Origin: Nitrospirales bacterium
Lineage (GTDB): Bacteria; Nitrospirota; Nitrospiria; Nitrospirales; UBA8639
Assembly: GCA_965203295.1 (NCBI GenBank)
Contig: CBDBCZ010000013.1
Coordinates: 736,001-800,000 of the forward strand
DNA length: 64,000 nucleotides
Reading direction: 5' to 3'
The notes below the pieces were generated by a model. That model worked only from the letters and a program-made list of their open reading frames with translations, did not search any database and had not been told where the DNA came from. The position numbers and the translations under genes are program-made. Positions 1-19,670 of this stretch are shown here, in pieces; the stretch's first letter is position 1, and every line of letters starts with the position of its first letter.

Positions 1-127
1 CAATCCCGATGAGAGAGTGAGAATTTGAATGAGGCTATAAACTGTGCGGATGCACAGAGGCTTTGTCCAAGCCCAAGTCTATTTCCATGCTTCTACTGCC
101 TTGACATAGTCTAATACACGCGCTCAC

Positions 128-9436
<9,309 letters not shown>

Positions 9437-9832
9437 TTCTCCTTCGTTACATCCGTACACCTCCGTATTCTGTCGGCTACACGTAAGTAGTGCGGGTTAG
9501 CGCGCGGAATGTAGCGGAGCAGAGTTGCAGCAACACCCCGGGATTTTGCTATTGCCTGTGAGCACCGATGAAATGATGGTTTTGTTAGCAAGAGCGGCCG
9601 GCAACTGCTAGGCTATATAAAAGCCTGTAGCTGGCCTGACTTTTGCTAAGCTAAGCCGTTTAGCCTGAGCTCTAGGTTTTCATTTCACCCTGGCTATTTT
9701 TACTTGTTCGTATAGGGTGAATAAAACGATAAACTTCACTTTCACAGTATAATTTTGTGAACTTGAATTAAATATTTGTATTAAACTCCCAGTGCATGAC
9801 ATCATTTACCAAATCATTTAAAGTTTGTTTTT

Positions 9833-12800
9833 TTAATTCACTGACAAAACTTCATCCTCAGTTCCCTGAGCCAGTTGTACTTCTCCCAGAAACTCCACTG
9901 CTTCAACGATGGCTCTCCACGTTGGAGCAGGGTCCACTCTCTGCAGCCAGGTGGTCAGTATCTCCACAAGGCAGTCCTGAGAACTCTGTTGCTTGTCACG
10001 GGCAATGGCGTCCAAAGTGGCCGGTGGAAGCTCTAGGTAGACACCAAGGTGTTTCCATCTGTGAGCCACCTTGTGATACAGGGCGGACATCAGCTCCTTT
10101 GGCTTTGGGGTGCACTCTGCATAGTACAAAAGTGCTGTTAATCTGGCGACCGATCAGCTAACTGTCAACATAACTTTCAAGTAATTACCTTGGCTTTGAC
10201 TGTGAATATGTGATGGACTTGCTGCTGGATAGATATTAGTCTTACCATCAGCTGCAGGAACTTAATTGGAAATTAAAATTCATGATTATTTCAATGCTAT
10301 GAAGAGTGAAAAAGTATTGTGCTACATGAATTTTAAGGAAGGTCAAAGTTGCTAACAGTATCCTCATTCCCAGACTCTCAATCCAGCCCCTTTTTTCGCC
10401 AAAAAATCTCGTACTCCTATAGTGCAAGCAATTGCTAAAACATGGGGTTGAGGCCTGGGAACAAGGCTATAGCTATAATGTGTATATAAAGATAGCAAGT
10501 AATTCTCGTCATAATTGTCTCATATGTGGCATCTGCTTAGCCCTTTACCTAAAGTTGGAAGTGAATCGGATTCAATGACTATAAAGTCAAATGGTTGTTT
10601 TGCTCCTTTCAGTTTCACCCGGTGATACAGCTCTGCACTCTGCTGCTCCTTGCTCCGCTTGATTTGAAACTGGCAGGATGGGATGCGGCAGCCGGCTCAT
10701 AGCTGTCTAGTTTTCTTCTAGTGATCTAAAACAGAGTGCATTTAACTGAATGAATGGGCATACACCAATACACCATTTTCTAAGTTTGAGCCAAAACTGC
10801 AGCTATACAGTGACAAACTCTACGTACCGTCAGTGGAGTGAGAGGTATGATGTTCCACCCCTCTTGTGTTGCCAGCCCACTCTCTTCAATATCCAGCGTA
10901 ATCTTGTCCTCTGCAAACTCAATCTCCTGGTCTGGGCCTTCTATACAACCCTTCCCTGAATAGACTTTATTGACACTCTGCATGTAGAGGAAAGTATTAG
11001 CATGTTTGCTTATACCAGTGCTTATAATGGTGTTATCACTACTACAGGTGCCATACAGCTATGCATCCTACAAGCTCTGCCATGGGCCTCTGGCGGCCAC
11101 AAAGTATATCTTAATCCTTCTGGTATTGTGTATTCGGCCTAATTATCACTATAGATCTTCCCTTGAGTAAGCATGTAATGTAGAATTGATATTGTTCAGC
11201 ATAAATGATTGCTCCTACACTGCCAGGGCTGTTCTGAACCAGGGTATCTCAGTGGGATTTTGAAATGAATAATTTATTAAGTAATAGCAGCTGAAGCCTT
11301 GCAATGACCAAAGGAGTGCTGAGCTTCTGTTCCAAACTTTTACAGAAGGAATCACAGTAAGTCATACTTTATGAATATTATTTTGGTACCAGGAATTTAT
11401 TTTACCTAGCTCAAGACAGAAACTTGCTGAACTTCAACGGGTGTACACATACCATATCTAGATTTCTTTTTGTAACCGTGGGATAATTTTTTTCAGAGAA
11501 GTAGGACTGGTTTTATTTGTGTAGTAAAATTTTAGGGTTCTAAGGTGAATTGCATATTAAAACTACGTTATTGTGTACACATTATTATATTTATGTGTGA
11601 TGCATAACGCATAATTGCGTTCGAATGTTTACTTCAATGCAACATTCACAATTTACAGTTATGCAATGAAAATCGCCCCTATGGTAAGAGGCTATTGTAC
11701 AGACAACCTGAGCTAGTCCTTACCCTGGTACCAAATATGAAAGTATATTTTCTTCAGTGTATGGATTTGGATACAAGTTCAGCACTTCTATGATTATTTA
11801 AAGGCTTCGCCAACTATCACCAAATATGGCAAACAATTAGTAGTTACAAATTCCCAACAATATTAATTGGCTTCCTGCAGTAGTGCAGAGACAACCCTAA
11901 AACAAACCTTGCAGTGTAGCAGGGTATAGCTCTACCAGTTTAGCTATACACAGCCAATGAATTTTATATATTATATGTGCTCACCGTTATGTATGCCTCC
12001 AAGTCCTTTGTCACAACAAAATGAGCTGTCCAATTGATTCTACTGCCAATGTAGTACTGCTTTGCACAGTAGAGCTGCTCACTGCCCTCGGCCTCTTGTG
12101 TGACTCCCAGACCAGAGAAATGCAGAAGAGCAATGCTCGCATAGGAAGAGAAGGAAGAAAATACCCCACCTTCCAAAGGCTTGAACTGATATGGGAGATC
12201 TCCCTGGGAACACTTTGCTACAGCGAACTTCAGGGGATATCTTGTGATCGATTTTGCATAGTGCTGTATTTCTAGTGTAACTGGTTGCTGGAACATCACT
12301 GGAGTCTGTATCCAATACACGGCACTCACAAGTGTGGTGTTGCCAGGGAAGTGGTACTGACCAGTTAGGCTAGCCTTGATGTTAACGCTGCTCTGTTTTA
12401 TTCCAGGTGGTAGGGAGGCTGGGGGGATGTGGAGCTTCAGTCCATAGCCTTTCCAGTGGAATGTCTGCGCCTCGTTTGTCACTAAGCAGCTAGTTTCTTC
12501 TATGACATTTACTCCCCTAAGGTAAGCTATAATATAAGGCAACTTAAAGATATTGTTCTGATTATACACATAGCTATGTAGCTATATACATACCTGTTGT
12601 TGCTACTTGAATATGAGTTTCTTCACAGCTCTGACTTTTCAGTTTCTTCTGTATATTCTGTGCTGGTTCATTCGTCTGCAATGCAGAGCCTTCAAGCATC
12701 TTCATTTTCTTTTCTATTCCAATGTACAAAGCAAATGACAGCTTAGAACACAGAGCCTATAAACTCTGCATGTAGCTAGCTATCTCCCTCACTGTCTCCC

Positions 12801-13879
12801 TCTGCTCCCAGTTTTATTATAGCTAGGTACTTCTGCTAACCTCGGATGCGTGCTCTGAAAACACAGGGAGATGCTTGCAGAAACACCGTGTCACCTCCCA
12901 CCACCAGCAACTCCCCAGTAGGGAGGACCACAGTGCAACTGGAGGTGAGAGCTTCCGGCATATCTCCTACCCAAACCCAAGAGGCAAGATGGGGCGCGTA
13001 TGCAAAGATGGCAGATGTAGATAAACTGGTAGTAGCAGTTTCTCCACCGATGGCCAAAAGCTGTTTTTCACAGACAGCAGGGCTGGAGTGCTGAAGGGGT
13101 GTAGGCCCAGGTAGGATGCTCCAAGCAGCTGTCTCCTTTGCAGAAGATACACCATCTATAAGCAACTCCAGTGGGATATAGAATACACTCTGTGACTGCC
13201 CGTGCCCGCCAAGCAAATACCAGTTACCTTCATAACACACAGTTTTCATGCGACAACAGGCTATATAGGGATGCAACCCCCGTCCACTGCTGACCATTGC
13301 AGACCTCCACTGTATCCAGGACAGTCAGGTTGTCTGTAGCTCCTCCAGCAACTACGATATGGTGTTGTGTAGCGATGGCAGAGGCCCAGTATCGGGATGT
13401 GGTTAGATCAGGAAGACTTGAGCTCCAAGAGGACTTTGCTCCCTCCTCACTCTGAAACATCCAGAGCTTTTTTGACATCTTATCAGTTGATGACTCAATC
13501 CCACCTATCAGCACCAACTTTTCTTGGTAGGCAGCAAGGGCTGACCAATAGCAAGGGCTTTCAATTATCTCCCATGCATCATCACATGACAAATCACAGG
13601 CGTAGACATTAGCAGCCGAGATATCATTTGTAGAATCGACGATGTCATACACATCTCCTCCTCCCACATAGACCTTCTTTCCCAGTAGGACAGCCTGGGC
13701 ATCATACATAGCAACAGGCAGAGAACTGCACTCTTTCCACTCACCAAAAGCATTTGCCTGTCAATACAAACACATGTAGTGGATAGCTTAGATTCTACCC
13801 TGCCCAAGGCATAAAGTACATCATAATCTAGCTAGCTATAGCTAATTATGAAATTGCAAACCTTTTCAAACTCTGCCAT
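9833..13879 (-). pseudogene. Kelch-repeat - ZU5 - UPA-like - death domain gene with three frameshifts
   Basis: Exons 13879-13862 (MAEFEK), 13757-12841 (Kelch: VYVGGG, LVLIGG, IVVAGG, WYLLGG, LLAIGG, LLVVGG), 12713-12594, 12526-11985 (ZU5: GYGLKLHIPPASLP..VSAVYWI..PVTLEIQH..HFSG), 10977-10828, 10725-10549, 10251-10189 and 10116-9833 (death domain: WKHLGVYLEL..LDAI..CLVEILTTWL..PTWRAIVEAV). Frameshifts at ~13270 (overlapping Kelch ORFs), ~10693 and ~9866 (both seen against the intact paralogue at 45440-48049). Confidence 0.75.
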
Positions 13880-14446
13880 GTTTTTGCCAAATACCTGTGG
13901 GACACTGACCCATTTAGCTATAACTTATTTTAGCGGATGTACATGATATTGCGTGGTTTCTATAATAACAACAAAAAAGCCCAGCCCAAATATATACATG
14001 GCTTCATATCAACTTGCTTCACACATGCAATGACTATGCTAGAATACGATGTAAATATATACAGGCATTTAATTGGCCTTTATTCCCAGTATGTATCATG
14101 GAGTACAGCGTGGTTGGCAAGAGGTAGGGATGGCAATCAATGAAATTTCTGTAGTGTCATTCCTACCTTAACTTGTTCGGTTACTTTCTATACAATTCCA
14201 TCCCTATATGCCCTTTCATAGCCACCTTGTGGTATCTGTTCCACAGGAGCCAGGCAACCAGAATACTGTAACATTCACCTCTATCAGATATCATAGATTT
14301 TACGGTGTTCATTGATATTTTATCATCCTAACTGGGGAATGGCAGCTAGTGGCTGATAGATTACCGAGAGAGATTGGAGGTAAAGTAAATCTAGTTCGAG
14401 GGGGCAAGCCACAAGGCGTTACGGCTGGGCCGATGAGACAATAGTC

Positions 14447-14556
14447 TAGCCTCGTTCCCAGGCTCTCTGCCCAGCTTTTTTTCGCACGTAGTAAAATAAC
14501 CGCTTATTTTACTACGTGCGAAAAAAAGCTGGGCAGAGAGCCTGGGAACGAGGCTA
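14447..14556. mobile_element. Near-perfect palindromic TAG...CTA element with 9-bp TSD (Academ/AcademH-like non-autonomous)
   Basis: The whole 110 bp folds back on itself. acaatagtc is duplicated at 14438-14446 and 14557-14565. Confidence 0.8.
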
Positions 14557-14799
14557 ACAATAGTCCACTAAGGCTTGGGGAACTTGAAGGATGAGAGGGG
14601 TGGTTAACATGCCCATCGGGCCGGCTGTGTTGAATTAGCAATATCCACCTTTGTTTGGAACCGACTGTCAGTCTGCAACTTTTACTAGCCGTTTGAGGAG
14701 ATCATATAATCATTATCACTACAGTCAATTACAGCTATGAGTGGTACATCAACAGCATATTAACGATACTGCCATGAACCTTACTGTCTTAAAGTTTCA

Positions 14800-15390
14800 G
14801 CTATTAGCTTATAGTTGTAGCCTATTAATGGTATAGCCAAGGGGTGGGTGGATACTACTGAATAATGGACAGATATTACATCATGAGTGGTTAATGTGCA
14901 GAGTATAGTACACATCATCACAGCCTTTTCTACATTTTTGAGAAACATCACGTCTATACTGCCCATACCCTAATCATAACAAAATATTTAAAAATAAGGA
15001 TGTCATGTAAAGTGAACATTTCCTTGTCATCTAAATTTTTGCAGTATATTATAAAATTGGTTAACTTGCTAGTTGTTACAGTAACTCCCTGATCATGACC
15101 TCATTCTCCAATAGCCCAAGCTCATGTTGCTTTAGTTAATTAATTCACTGACAGTACTTTGTTCTCAGTTCCCCAGCCAGTACTGCTCTCCCAGAAACTC
15201 CACCGCTTCAACGATGGCTCTCCACGTTGGAGCAGGGTCCACTCCCTGCAGCCAGGTGGACAGCATCTCCACAAGGCAGTCCTGAGAACTGTGTTGTCTG
15301 TCATGGGCAATGGTGTCCAGAGTGGATGGTGAAAGCTCTAGGTAGACACCATGCAAGGTGTTTCCATTTATGAGCCACCTTGTGATACAG
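14800..15390 (-). pseudogene. Duplicated death-domain last exon plus 3' flank (truncated, frameshifted)
   Basis: Closely matches ~45030-45680, including non-coding flank. Has a 4-nt insertion near 15352 and a 1-nt deletion near 15184 (FLGEQYWLGN* versus FLGEVVLAGELRTKYCQ*). Confidence 0.8.
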
Positions 15391-15680
15391 CTAGTAACAT
15401 TTTGCAGCTGTGCAATAAAACTCTGCTGTTGATCAGTTATACTCTGCTATTGTTCAATCCCATTTTGGATTTGTTCAATAATAATCTGTTGCTGCATGCT
15501 CTGTTTTGTTTACCAGAGTACGTAACATTATACACATTCAGAAACTTTCTTCACATGAAATTGTACATTCTCATCTAAGTGAGTCTGCATGTGCTGTCGC
15601 TGGCACTCAACTTCACTCCAGCATAGCTGAACTCACACTTGATTACTTGCAGGGGGCAGGTTTCTTCCAGATGTTTTGGG
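15391..15680 (-). pseudogene. TRAF zinc-finger/coiled-coil fragment
   Basis: Matches ~16590-16790 and ~18610-18840 (KHLEETCPLQVIKCEFSYAG..ECQRQHMQTHL) with indels and a stop. Confidence 0.75.
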
Positions 15681-16046
15681 AGTAGTGTTGTCTTAGTTAA
15701 CTGAAACTAAAAAACAAAAGTATTTTAGTTCGAGCAAAAACAGATTAGTTAAGTAACTAAAACTAAAACATCAAGGGCACTGGCCTCTGGGAATAAACTA
15801 TATAACAACAGCTAATATTTTTTCCACTAAAATCAGCCCATTAGTTATGGTTAATGTGAGACTGGGACAGGCCTACCACTTCACCATCAACAACATCAAC
15901 AATTTATATAATTAAAGTACATGTACGGTTCATACAATTTTGAAACCAAAATGTAAGCATGCATATATATACATCTTCCACATAATAACATTGTACGAGT
16001 AAAAATGTGATAACTACATGTATCAGGAAAAAGAACAAACAACGAT

Positions 16047-17342
16047 TCAGATGCTCTTAACGACAATGTTTGATATTCGGAACTTGAGGCAGTTATTTTT
16101 AAGATACTCTTTGTTTTCGGTGTTGAGTTCGGTATGCGCTATGAATTCATGATTGCCCAAGCCAGTGGCTCTCTTCCTTCCCACCACTCTGCCTGAACAC
16201 TCGACACCTGAACGATCATTAAAGTGAATTGTCTTCTCCCAATGTCCCTCGTCCCTGCTCTGGTTCAGCAGCTGTATTGTGACGTCCCCACGAAAGGGCC
16301 ACTTCAGCTGGTCATCGTACTCTCCTTGGTTTAGGTAGCAAAACACTGAGACATGCGTGCCTCTACCATCACCATAGCCACGGGCAACCACACACAAACA
16401 CATCTTGTACCCTCCAATGTGGGAGTAGAATGGAAAACTGTGCCACCAATCACCTGCTTTCTTGAACTTTACAAACTCAGCCATCACAATTTCAGGTGGT
16501 GTGATAAAGACCGGGACTAGCGGCTTCTGCACATCAAAATACACTAGTGCCACAATCTGTTTCTGCTGCTGTTGAGTAACATTTTCCAGCTGTTCGATAA
16601 CACTCTGTTGTTGCTTGGTTTTCTTCAGCAGAGTAACGGTGCATTGAGAAACTTTGATCAGATGAGACTGTACATCCTCCTCTAAGTGAGTCTGCATGTG
16701 CTGTCGCTGGCACTCAACTTCACATCCAGCGTAGCTAAACTCACACTTGATTACTTGCAGGGGGCAGGTTTCTTCCAGATGTTTTAGGAGGTGCTGTCGC
16801 TCAATCACAGTCTCTCTACATTTGTTTGGGCACCCCATGGGGTATTTCTTGCAGATAGCTACATGCTCATTGGTGACTTCAACATAAGCAGCTTTGTAGT
16901 TGCAATATTGGCAAGTGACTGGACGACTGGGACAATCATCTGCCTTGTGCCCCTGGAGCTCACCTCGCTGGAAAAAACCACCACAGGAGTAAGGGCAGGC
17001 CACTCTCACAAACTGGCACTCTCCCTCAACTGAGTTCCAGCGCAGATGTTTGCCATGACTGCCCAACTCCCCCACCCACTCACACCCCAGATGGCAGCGA
17101 ACTTGGAGCTCATTGACTTTACGCTTGAAATATTTATCGGGTATGGAATTGAGATTTCTCTCCTTGCATATGGGGCAGGGCTGTCCCTGTAGCTTGGTCA
17201 CAGCCTCTTTTGAGAGGTGGTTCCCACAGCATGCTGTCAAGAAGGGCTCTCGAAGGAGTTCAAAGGTGATTGGGCAGTAGAAGTCTCCAGATGGCTTCTC
17301 AACAAAGTCATAGTCATCTTCAGTGACTGGAAGGGAGGCCAT
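16047..17342 (-). CDS. Intronless TRAF-family protein (degenerate RING, TRAF zinc fingers, coiled coil, MATH/TRAF-C), 431 aa
   Basis: ORF with CPITFELLREP..CCGNH..CPIC, CPYSCG..H...CPSRPVTCQYC, CPNKC..HLEETCPLQVIKCEF, and MATH motifs WHSFPFYSHIGGYKMCL..GTHVSVF..GEYDDQLKWPFRG..YLKNNCL. Confidence 0.93.
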   Translation of the reverse strand: MASLPVTEDDYDFVEKPSGDFYCPITFELLREPFLTACCGNHLSKEAVTKLQGQPCPICKERNLNSIPDKYFKRKVNELQVRCHLGCEWVGELGSHGKHLRWNSVEGECQFVRVACPYSCGGFFQRGELQGHKADDCPSRPVTCQYCNYKAAYVEVTNEHVAICKKYPMGCPNKCRETVIERQHLLKHLEETCPLQVIKCEFSYAGCEVECQRQHMQTHLEEDVQSHLIKVSQCTVTLLKKTKQQQSVIEQLENVTQQQQKQIVALVYFDVQKPLVPVFITPPEIVMAEFVKFKKAGDWWHSFPFYSHIGGYKMCLCVVARGYGDGRGTHVSVFCYLNQGEYDDQLKWPFRGDVTIQLLNQSRDEGHWEKTIHFNDRSGVECSGRVVGRKRATGLGNHEFIAHTELNTENKEYLKNNCLKFRISNIVVKSI

Positions 17343-18080
17343 ATCTCTTAGAACATGCAGCAGTAAGTATTGGACTGAAAAGCAACTTTTTACAGTTTTA
17401 GGGGCGGTAACTGTGGAAGGTGGAACTACAGGACTATCAGGTGGTAATCTGTGTCCTATTCACAGCTATGAATAGCTATGTCACACAAAGGCATGGATCA
17501 TACACTCCTTTATTCATGTAGTGATATAATCTGCACTGTAGCAGGAAAAGCTACATGAATACATGTAGCTACAGCTATCAATTAAGCAAGTAATACACAC
17601 ATGTGCATGGGTGCCCAATATCTGGGTATAGCAGTTCTCATCTCTTTCATTTTGTTAGCTAGTAATTAATTAAGAGCCAAGAAATAGAGCAACAGTCACA
17701 AACGTCACCTATCACTGTGCAGTACCCATGTATATACCTCTATATACACCCACTCCTTATAACTGCAGGTGAAGGGTGATGTGTGGGACACACCATGATG
17801 ATTTAATATAATAGGAATCAGACCAATAATATTGCTACTATAAAGTTCATGTTTCAGAAGCACGCATGCAGGGAAACATTAGTCAATGTCCGCCCTGCCA
17901 TAATTCTTGTGCCACAGCAATGAAGGCCTAGGTACGTATGTAAAATAATATGAAGAAATAAAGAAATGCATACAATAGTGCACTACACGGTTGTTCATCA
18001 TGATCAGTCATGCACAATACAAGGAAAAAGTGTGGTAACTAAAATATGGAAACAAAACAACCACCAGCACTAGCTAGGTA

Positions 18081-19670
18081 TCAGGTGCTCTTAATGACAA
18101 CGTTTGATATTTTGAACTTGAGGCAGTCATTTTTAAGATACTCAGTGTTTTCAGCGTTGAGGTCGGTATGGGCTATGAATTCATGATAGCCCCAGCCAGC
18201 GGCTCGATCCTTCCCCAGCACTCTGCCAGCAACATTATCACCTGCTCTATCATCAAATGTAACAGTCCTCTCATAATGTCCCTTATTACTGCTCTGATTC
18301 AGCAGCTGTATCACGATGTCTCCACGAAAGGGCCACTTCAGCTGGCCATCATATTCTCCATGTTCTAGAACACAAAACACTGAGACATGCCTGCCTTTAC
18401 CATAACTATCGTCACTGGCAACCACAAGCAAACACATCTTGTACCCTCCGATGTGGGAGTAGAAGGGAGGACTGTGCCACCTGTCACGTGCTTTCTTGTG
18501 CTTCTCAAACTCAGTCATCACAATGTCAGGTGGTGTGATAAAGGCATGCGGCTTGTGGACATTTACATGTAAGTACGTGAGTGCGACAATCTGTTTCTGC
18601 TGCTGTTCAGTAACATTGTCCAGCTGTGCAATAATACTCTGCTGTTGATCGATGACACTCTGCTGTTGCTCTGTTTTGTTTAGCAGAGTAATGGTGCATT
18701 GAGAAACTTTGATCAGATGAGACTGTATATCCTCCTTCAAGTGAACCTGCATGTGCTGTCGCTGGTGCTCAACTTCACATCCAGCGTAGCTAAACTCACA
18801 CTTGATCACTTGCAGGGGGCAGGTTTCTTCCAGATGTTTTGTAAGGAACTGCCGCTCAATCACAGTCTCCCCACATTTGTTTGGGCACTCCATAGGGTAC
18901 TTCTGGCAAATATCCCAGTGCGCATTGGTGACTTCGACATAGGTAGCTTTGTAGTTGCAATATCGGCAAGTGAATGGGCGGATGAAGCAATCCTCTGCCT
19001 TGTGTTTCGTGAGCTGACGTTGCTGGAAACCACCACCACAGTCATAAGGGCAGGCCACCGTCACAAACTCGCACTCTCCCTCCTCAGAACCATCATTCAA
19101 ATGTTGGTCAAGATCACCTCGCTCACCAGCCCACTGACAACTCAGACTCTTGTTGGGACAGTCGACAGGATGCTTTGTGCAAATCGGCCAGTGATCTCTG
19201 GTCACTGTGATGTAGGTGGCATTGTGGCCACAGTACTGGCAGGTGAACGGTCGGTTGGGACAATCGTTTGCCTTGTGCCCCTCGAGCTGACATCGTTTAA
19301 AACCATCGCCACAGGAGTAAGGGCATGCCACTTTCGCAAACTGGCACTCTCCCTCAATACTCACATGTCTGCCAAGTTCACCCAACTCTCCCACCCATTC
19401 ACACCCCAGGCTCTTGTTTGGGCAGTAAACTTTGAACTCATTGACTTTGCGCTTGAAGTACTTATCAGGCATGGTATCAACATTTCTCTCCATGCACATA
19501 GGGCAGGGCTGTCCCTCTAGCCTGGTCACAGCCTGTCGTGAGAGGTGGTTGCCACAGCATGTTGTCTGGTGGGGCTCTCGGAGGAGTTCAAAGGTGATCG
19601 GACAGTAGAAGTCTTCTGATGGCTTCTCAACAAAGTCATAGTTATCTTCAGTAGCTGGAAGGGAGGCCAT
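18081..19670 (-). CDS. Intronless TRAF-family protein with an extra zinc-finger block, 529 aa
   Basis: Tandem paralogue of 16047-17342 with the same domain motifs. The CPNKSLxCxWxGExGxL..EGECxFxxVACPYxCG..RPFTCxYC block occurs twice. Confidence 0.93.
   Translation of the reverse strand: MASLPATEDNYDFVEKPSEDFYCPITFELLREPHQTTCCGNHLSRQAVTRLEGQPCPMCMERNVDTMPDKYFKRKVNEFKVYCPNKSLGCEWVGELGELGRHVSIEGECQFAKVACPYSCGDGFKRCQLEGHKANDCPNRPFTCQYCGHNATYITVTRDHWPICTKHPVDCPNKSLSCQWAGERGDLDQHLNDGSEEGECEFVTVACPYDCGGGFQQRQLTKHKAEDCFIRPFTCRYCNYKATYVEVTNAHWDICQKYPMECPNKCGETVIERQFLTKHLEETCPLQVIKCEFSYAGCEVEHQRQHMQVHLKEDIQSHLIKVSQCTITLLNKTEQQQSVIDQQQSIIAQLDNVTEQQQKQIVALTYLHVNVHKPHAFITPPDIVMTEFEKHKKARDRWHSPPFYSHIGGYKMCLLVVASDDSYGKGRHVSVFCVLEHGEYDGQLKWPFRGDIVIQLLNQSSNKGHYERTVTFDDRAGDNVAGRVLGKDRAAGWGYHEFIAHTDLNAENTEYLKNDCLKFKISNVVIKST

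Noticed and set aside
18699..19520. 273-aa plus-strand ORF
   Set aside because: Antisense shadow of the TRAF ORF with no recognisable motifs.
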